DNA from: an uncultured Acidobacteriota bacterium | GTDB taxonomy: Bacteria; Acidobacteriota; Thermoanaerobaculia; UBA5066; DATFVB01 | Direction: 5' to 3' | Assembly (NCBI GenBank): GCA_963813155.1 | Contig: CAWEYG010000002.1 | Coordinates: forward strand, 416,001-480,000 | Length of the DNA stretch: 64,000 nt | Shown here: positions 60,924 to 64,000 of the stretch, one piece after another | Position numbering within the stretch: position 1 is the first letter of the stretch | Layout of the letters: every line of letters starts with the position of its first letter | Made by a program: the position numbers and the translations under genes | The notes under the pieces: model-generated | Seen by the model: only the letters and a program-made list of their open reading frames with translations | Database searches by the model: none | What the model was told of the DNA's origin: nothing

Positions 60924-62192
60924 CTGGCGAAACGGCTGCTGCCCTTCGGCCTGGCGCTCGGCCTCTTCGTCTGGGGATTCGCCGCCGAGCGCTACAAGGT
61001 CTTTCCGATCGGCCTGATCCGCCGGATCCGGGTTCGCCTGGGAGTTCCGGGTTGGCCGGTCGACATCCAGTCGAAATCGCCCGCGGTCGCCGGACTTGCG
61101 TCGATCCCGTACCTTCACGGCCAGTTCGATCCGCACGCGAAATCGAGCGGGGTCCTCCTCGACGAGCCGGACCGGGTCTCGCCCGGATTGAATTTCTTCT
61201 CGACGCTCGGAAGCGGAGACGCGTTTCTGATCGACCGCGAAGGGCATTCCCGCTGGCGCTGGTCCCTCCAGCGGTATTTCGATCGTTCCGAGCTCAAGGC
61301 CGCCGACGATTTCGGTTTTCCGCATCTCTTTCCCAACGGCGACGTCCTCGCTTACGTCGCGGAAAAGGCGCTGTACAAGCTCGACAAGCAATCCAACGTC
61401 GTCTGGAAGTATCCCGCGCGCGTCCATCACGACGCGTTTGTCGCCGCCGACGGGCGCATCTGGACGCTCCGGCACGTCTTTCAAAAAGTCCCGGCCATCG
61501 ACCCGCGTTACATGTCTCAGATCGACGAAATCGACGTGCTCTCGCCCGACGGAAAGCTCGAGCGCACGATTTCGCTGCTCGAGCTGCTGGAGAAATCCCC
61601 CTATGCCTTTCTCCTGCCCCGGACGGCCGGGCTCCCGCTGCCGCGCGACACGACGACCGTCGACGTGTTCCACGCGAACCACGTCGAGGTCTTCGACGGC
61701 TCGCTGGAGGACAGGTCGGAGCTCTATCGCCGCGGAAATTTTCTCGTTTCGATGAGGAACATCGATTCCGTCGCGATCGTCGACGGAAGCACCCTGCGCG
61801 TGCTCTGGCTGTGGGGCCCGACGAACCTGACGCTCCAGCACCACTCCACGATCCTCGCCAGCGGAAACATCCTGCTGTTCGACAATGGAACGAAGATTTC
61901 GGCCGTCGTCGAGGTGGATCCGCGGTCCAACGCCGTCGTCTGGCGCTACGCCCCCGAAAAGGAGTTCTTCAGCTACATCCGCGGCGCCTGCCAGCGATTG
62001 CCCAACGGCGACACTCTCGTCACGCTCTCGATGCCCGGCTATGCGCTGGAGGTGACTCCGGCCGGGAAGACGGTCTGGAAATTCGCGAATCCCGCCGTCA
62101 GCCCGGCGGGCGTTCGAGACTCGATCTACCGGATGACCCGCTTTTCCGCGGCCGAACTTCCGTTCGTCACCGGGGCGCCTCCCCGCCCCTGA
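60924..62192 (+). CDS. Arylsulfotransferase (ASST)-like beta-propeller protein; start uncertain
   Basis: HHD, DVFHAN, QHHS...LLFDNG, QRLPNGDTL; frame is open upstream with hydrophobic LLPFGLALGLFVWG. Confidence 0.75.
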   Translation: MAKRLLPFGLALGLFVWGFAAERYKVFPIGLIRRIRVRLGVPGWPVDIQSKSPAVAGLASIPYLHGQFDPHAKSSGVLLDEPDRVSPGLNFFSTLGSGDAFLIDREGHSRWRWSLQRYFDRSELKAADDFGFPHLFPNGDVLAYVAEKALYKLDKQSNVVWKYPARVHHDAFVAADGRIWTLRHVFQKVPAIDPRYMSQIDEIDVLSPDGKLERTISLLELLEKSPYAFLLPRTAGLPLPRDTTTVDVFHANHVEVFDGSLEDRSELYRRGNFLVSMRNIDSVAIVDGSTLRVLWLWGPTNLTLQHHSTILASGNILLFDNGTKISAVVEVDPRSNAVVWRYAPEKEFFSYIRGACQRLPNGDTLVTLSMPGYALEVTPAGKTVWKFANPAVSPAGVRDSIYRMTRFSAAELPFVTGAPPRP

Positions 62193-62850
62193 AGATCTGC
62201 CCGGGACTTCCCCGCCGCTCGACCCGGCCGCGCGCCAGCACGAGGACCTCGTCGCAGAGAGCGAGGACCTCCTCCGGGTTGTGGGCGACGTAGATCGTCG
62301 GAACCGGAAATCGCGAGTGAATGGCCTTCAACGACGAGATCACCTGGTCGCGCAGCGGGGAGTCGAGGCCCGTCAACGGCTCGTCGAGCAGCAGGATTCG
62401 CGGGCCGGAGAGCAGAGCGCGAGCGAGAGCGACGCGCCGCTTCTCGCCCCCGGAAAGATGCGTGACGGCACGGGTGAGCAGCGATTCGAGCCCGAGAACG
62501 CCGACGACTTCGTCGAAGCCGGGCGAAGCGCCGCCGCCGCGAGGCGTTCCGTAAAGGAGGTTCCGCCGGACGGAAAGATGAGGGAAAAGCGTTTCGTCCT
62601 GGGTCACGTACCCGACGCCCCGGGACCTCGGAGCGATCATCGTCCGCGTCGACGCGTCGAAGACGATCCGGCCGTGAATCGCGATCGATCCCCCGGCGGG
62701 GCGTCGAAAGCCGGCGATCAACTCCAGGAGAGACGTCTTTCCCGCTCCCGACGGGCCGACGAGCCCCGTCCAGCCGGGCCGGAGCTCCGCGTCGACGTCG
62801 AGGTCGAATCCCGACAGCGGAAGCCGGACGGACCGGAGAACGACGCTCAC
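62167..62850 (-). CDS. modC: Molybdate ABC transporter ATP-binding protein
   Basis: GPSGAGKTS, LSGGEKRRV, LLLDEP; follows modB. Confidence 0.85.
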   Translation of the reverse strand: MSVVLRSVRLPLSGFDLDVDAELRPGWTGLVGPSGAGKTSLLELIAGFRRPAGGSIAIHGRIVFDASTRTMIAPRSRGVGYVTQDETLFPHLSVRRNLLYGTPRGGGASPGFDEVVGVLGLESLLTRAVTHLSGGEKRRVALARALLSGPRILLLDEPLTGLDSPLRDQVISSLKAIHSRFPVPTIYVAHNPEEVLALCDEVLVLARGRVERRGSPGQIFRGGEAPR

Positions 62851-63521
62851 CGTCCCCGCCTTCGCTTCGCGAGGAACGTCTCCCCGATCCACACGGCGAC
62901 GAACGCGATCACCGCCGTGATGCCGACCAGCCGAGCCGCGTCGCCGTCGCGGCCGAGCTGCAGATCGCTGTAGATGGCCAGCGAGACGGTCGTCGTGCGT
63001 CCCGGGATGTTGCCCGCGACGAGAATCGTCGCCCCGAACTCGCCGACGGCGCGCGCGAACGAGAGGACGATCCCTCCGACCACGCCGCGAATCGCGAGCG
63101 GCAGAGTGATCGTGAAGAAGACGCGAAGCTCCCCTCCCCCCAGAGAGCGCGCCACCTGTTCCATCCGGGGGTTGACCTCCTCGAAAGCGTCGCGCGCGTG
63201 GCGGACGAGAAACGGAAAGGACATGACCATCATCGCGAGGACGACCGCGCGCCACGTGAACACGATCTCCGCGCCGAAGACCCGATGAAAGAGCGAGCCG
63301 AGGCCCGCGCGGCGGCCGGCGAGCTTGAGGAGGATCATTCCCGTCGCGACCGGGGGCAGCACGAGCGGAAGGGCGACGAGCGATTCGACGAGCGTCTTGC
63401 CCGCCCAATTTCCGCGCGACAACAGCCATGCGATCGCGAGACCGAACGGCAGGGAAAGCACGAGGGAGAGACCGGCCATCCGGAGAGTGAAGGCGACGAT
63501 CGACCACTCCTGCCCGGTCAA
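62847..63521 (-). CDS. modB: Molybdate ABC transporter permease
   Basis: LPLVLPPVATG, FARAVGEFGAT, GNIPGRT. Confidence 0.93.
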   Translation of the reverse strand: MTGQEWSIVAFTLRMAGLSLVLSLPFGLAIAWLLSRGNWAGKTLVESLVALPLVLPPVATGMILLKLAGRRAGLGSLFHRVFGAEIVFTWRAVVLAMMVMSFPFLVRHARDAFEEVNPRMEQVARSLGGGELRVFFTITLPLAIRGVVGGIVLSFARAVGEFGATILVAGNIPGRTTTVSLAIYSDLQLGRDGDAARLVGITAVIAFVAVWIGETFLAKRRRGR

Positions 63522-64000
63522 GGATTCCTGGGAATCAGCAGGAAGCCGTAGCGCCGGAAAATCTGCGCGGCGGCGGGCGAGCCGAGAAAGTCGAGGAATT
63601 TCTTCGCGGCCTCCCCGTGGCGGCTCTCCCGAATCACGGCCGCGGGGTAGGAGATTCGAGGTCCCTCCGCGGCGGGCACTTCAAACGCGATGCGCACCTT
63701 CTTCGAAATGCCCGCATCCGTGCGGTAGACGATCGCGGCGTCGGCGTTTCCCGCTTCGACCGCCGCGAGCGCGGCCCGCACGTTTTCCGTCGGGATCACT
63801 TTCGGCCGGACGCTCTCCCAGATTCCGATCTTCTGTAGGTATTCCCGCGCGTAGATCCCGGCGGGCACGGAGCCCGGCTCCGCCAGCGCGAGCGAGTGCA
63901 CGTCGCCGGAGCCGAGATCTCGCGGCGCACGGATCGGAGGCGCCGAGTCTTTCGAGACGACGATGACGAGCGTGTTGGAGAGAAACGAAGTTCTCGTCCC
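63518..64000 (-). CDS. modA: Molybdate ABC transporter substrate-binding protein (partial, starts outside window)
   Basis: VPAGIYA, ENVRAAL, IVYRTD, ISYPAA. Confidence 0.88.
   Translation of the reverse strand, partial: GTRTSFLSNTLVIVVSKDSAPPIRAPRDLGSGDVHSLALAEPGSVPAGIYAREYLQKIGIWESVRPKVIPTENVRAALAAVEAGNADAAIVYRTDAGISKKVRIAFEVPAAEGPRISYPAAVIRESRHGEAAKKFLDFLGSPAAAQIFRRYGFLLIPRNP

Overview
GC-rich bacterial chromosome segment from a diderm (kdsB present); gene content resembles Acidobacteriota, which is an inference only. In order: an osmoprotectant ABC transporter; an LPKTA-tailed secreted protein and a class D-like sortase flanking a MASE2-kinase/partner-switching/patatin signalling operon; ada-alkA/ogt repair genes; a thiolase-C26-MBL-ECH-ALDH operon; a ClC channel; a ~17 kb cluster of five FG-GAP/ASPIC-UnbV (CRTAC1-like) proteins with a membrane-anchored pentaheme cytochrome c-TPR protein, interrupted by a VapBC pair and an AT-richer PD-(D/E)XK-like gene; kdsB; a dcw cluster (mraZ to ftsZ); a small foreign scrap; MacA/MacB-like efflux genes; tRNA-Ser(CGA); tadA, HU and tRNA-Arg(ACG); an arylsulfotransferase-like gene; and modABC. 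Many genes between ~13 and 28.7 kb are broken by small indels, most likely consensus errors, so boundaries there are approximate. The best candidate for an undescribed system is the ASPIC/UnbV-multiheme-TPR cluster. All calls come from reading motifs by eye; no database searches were run.
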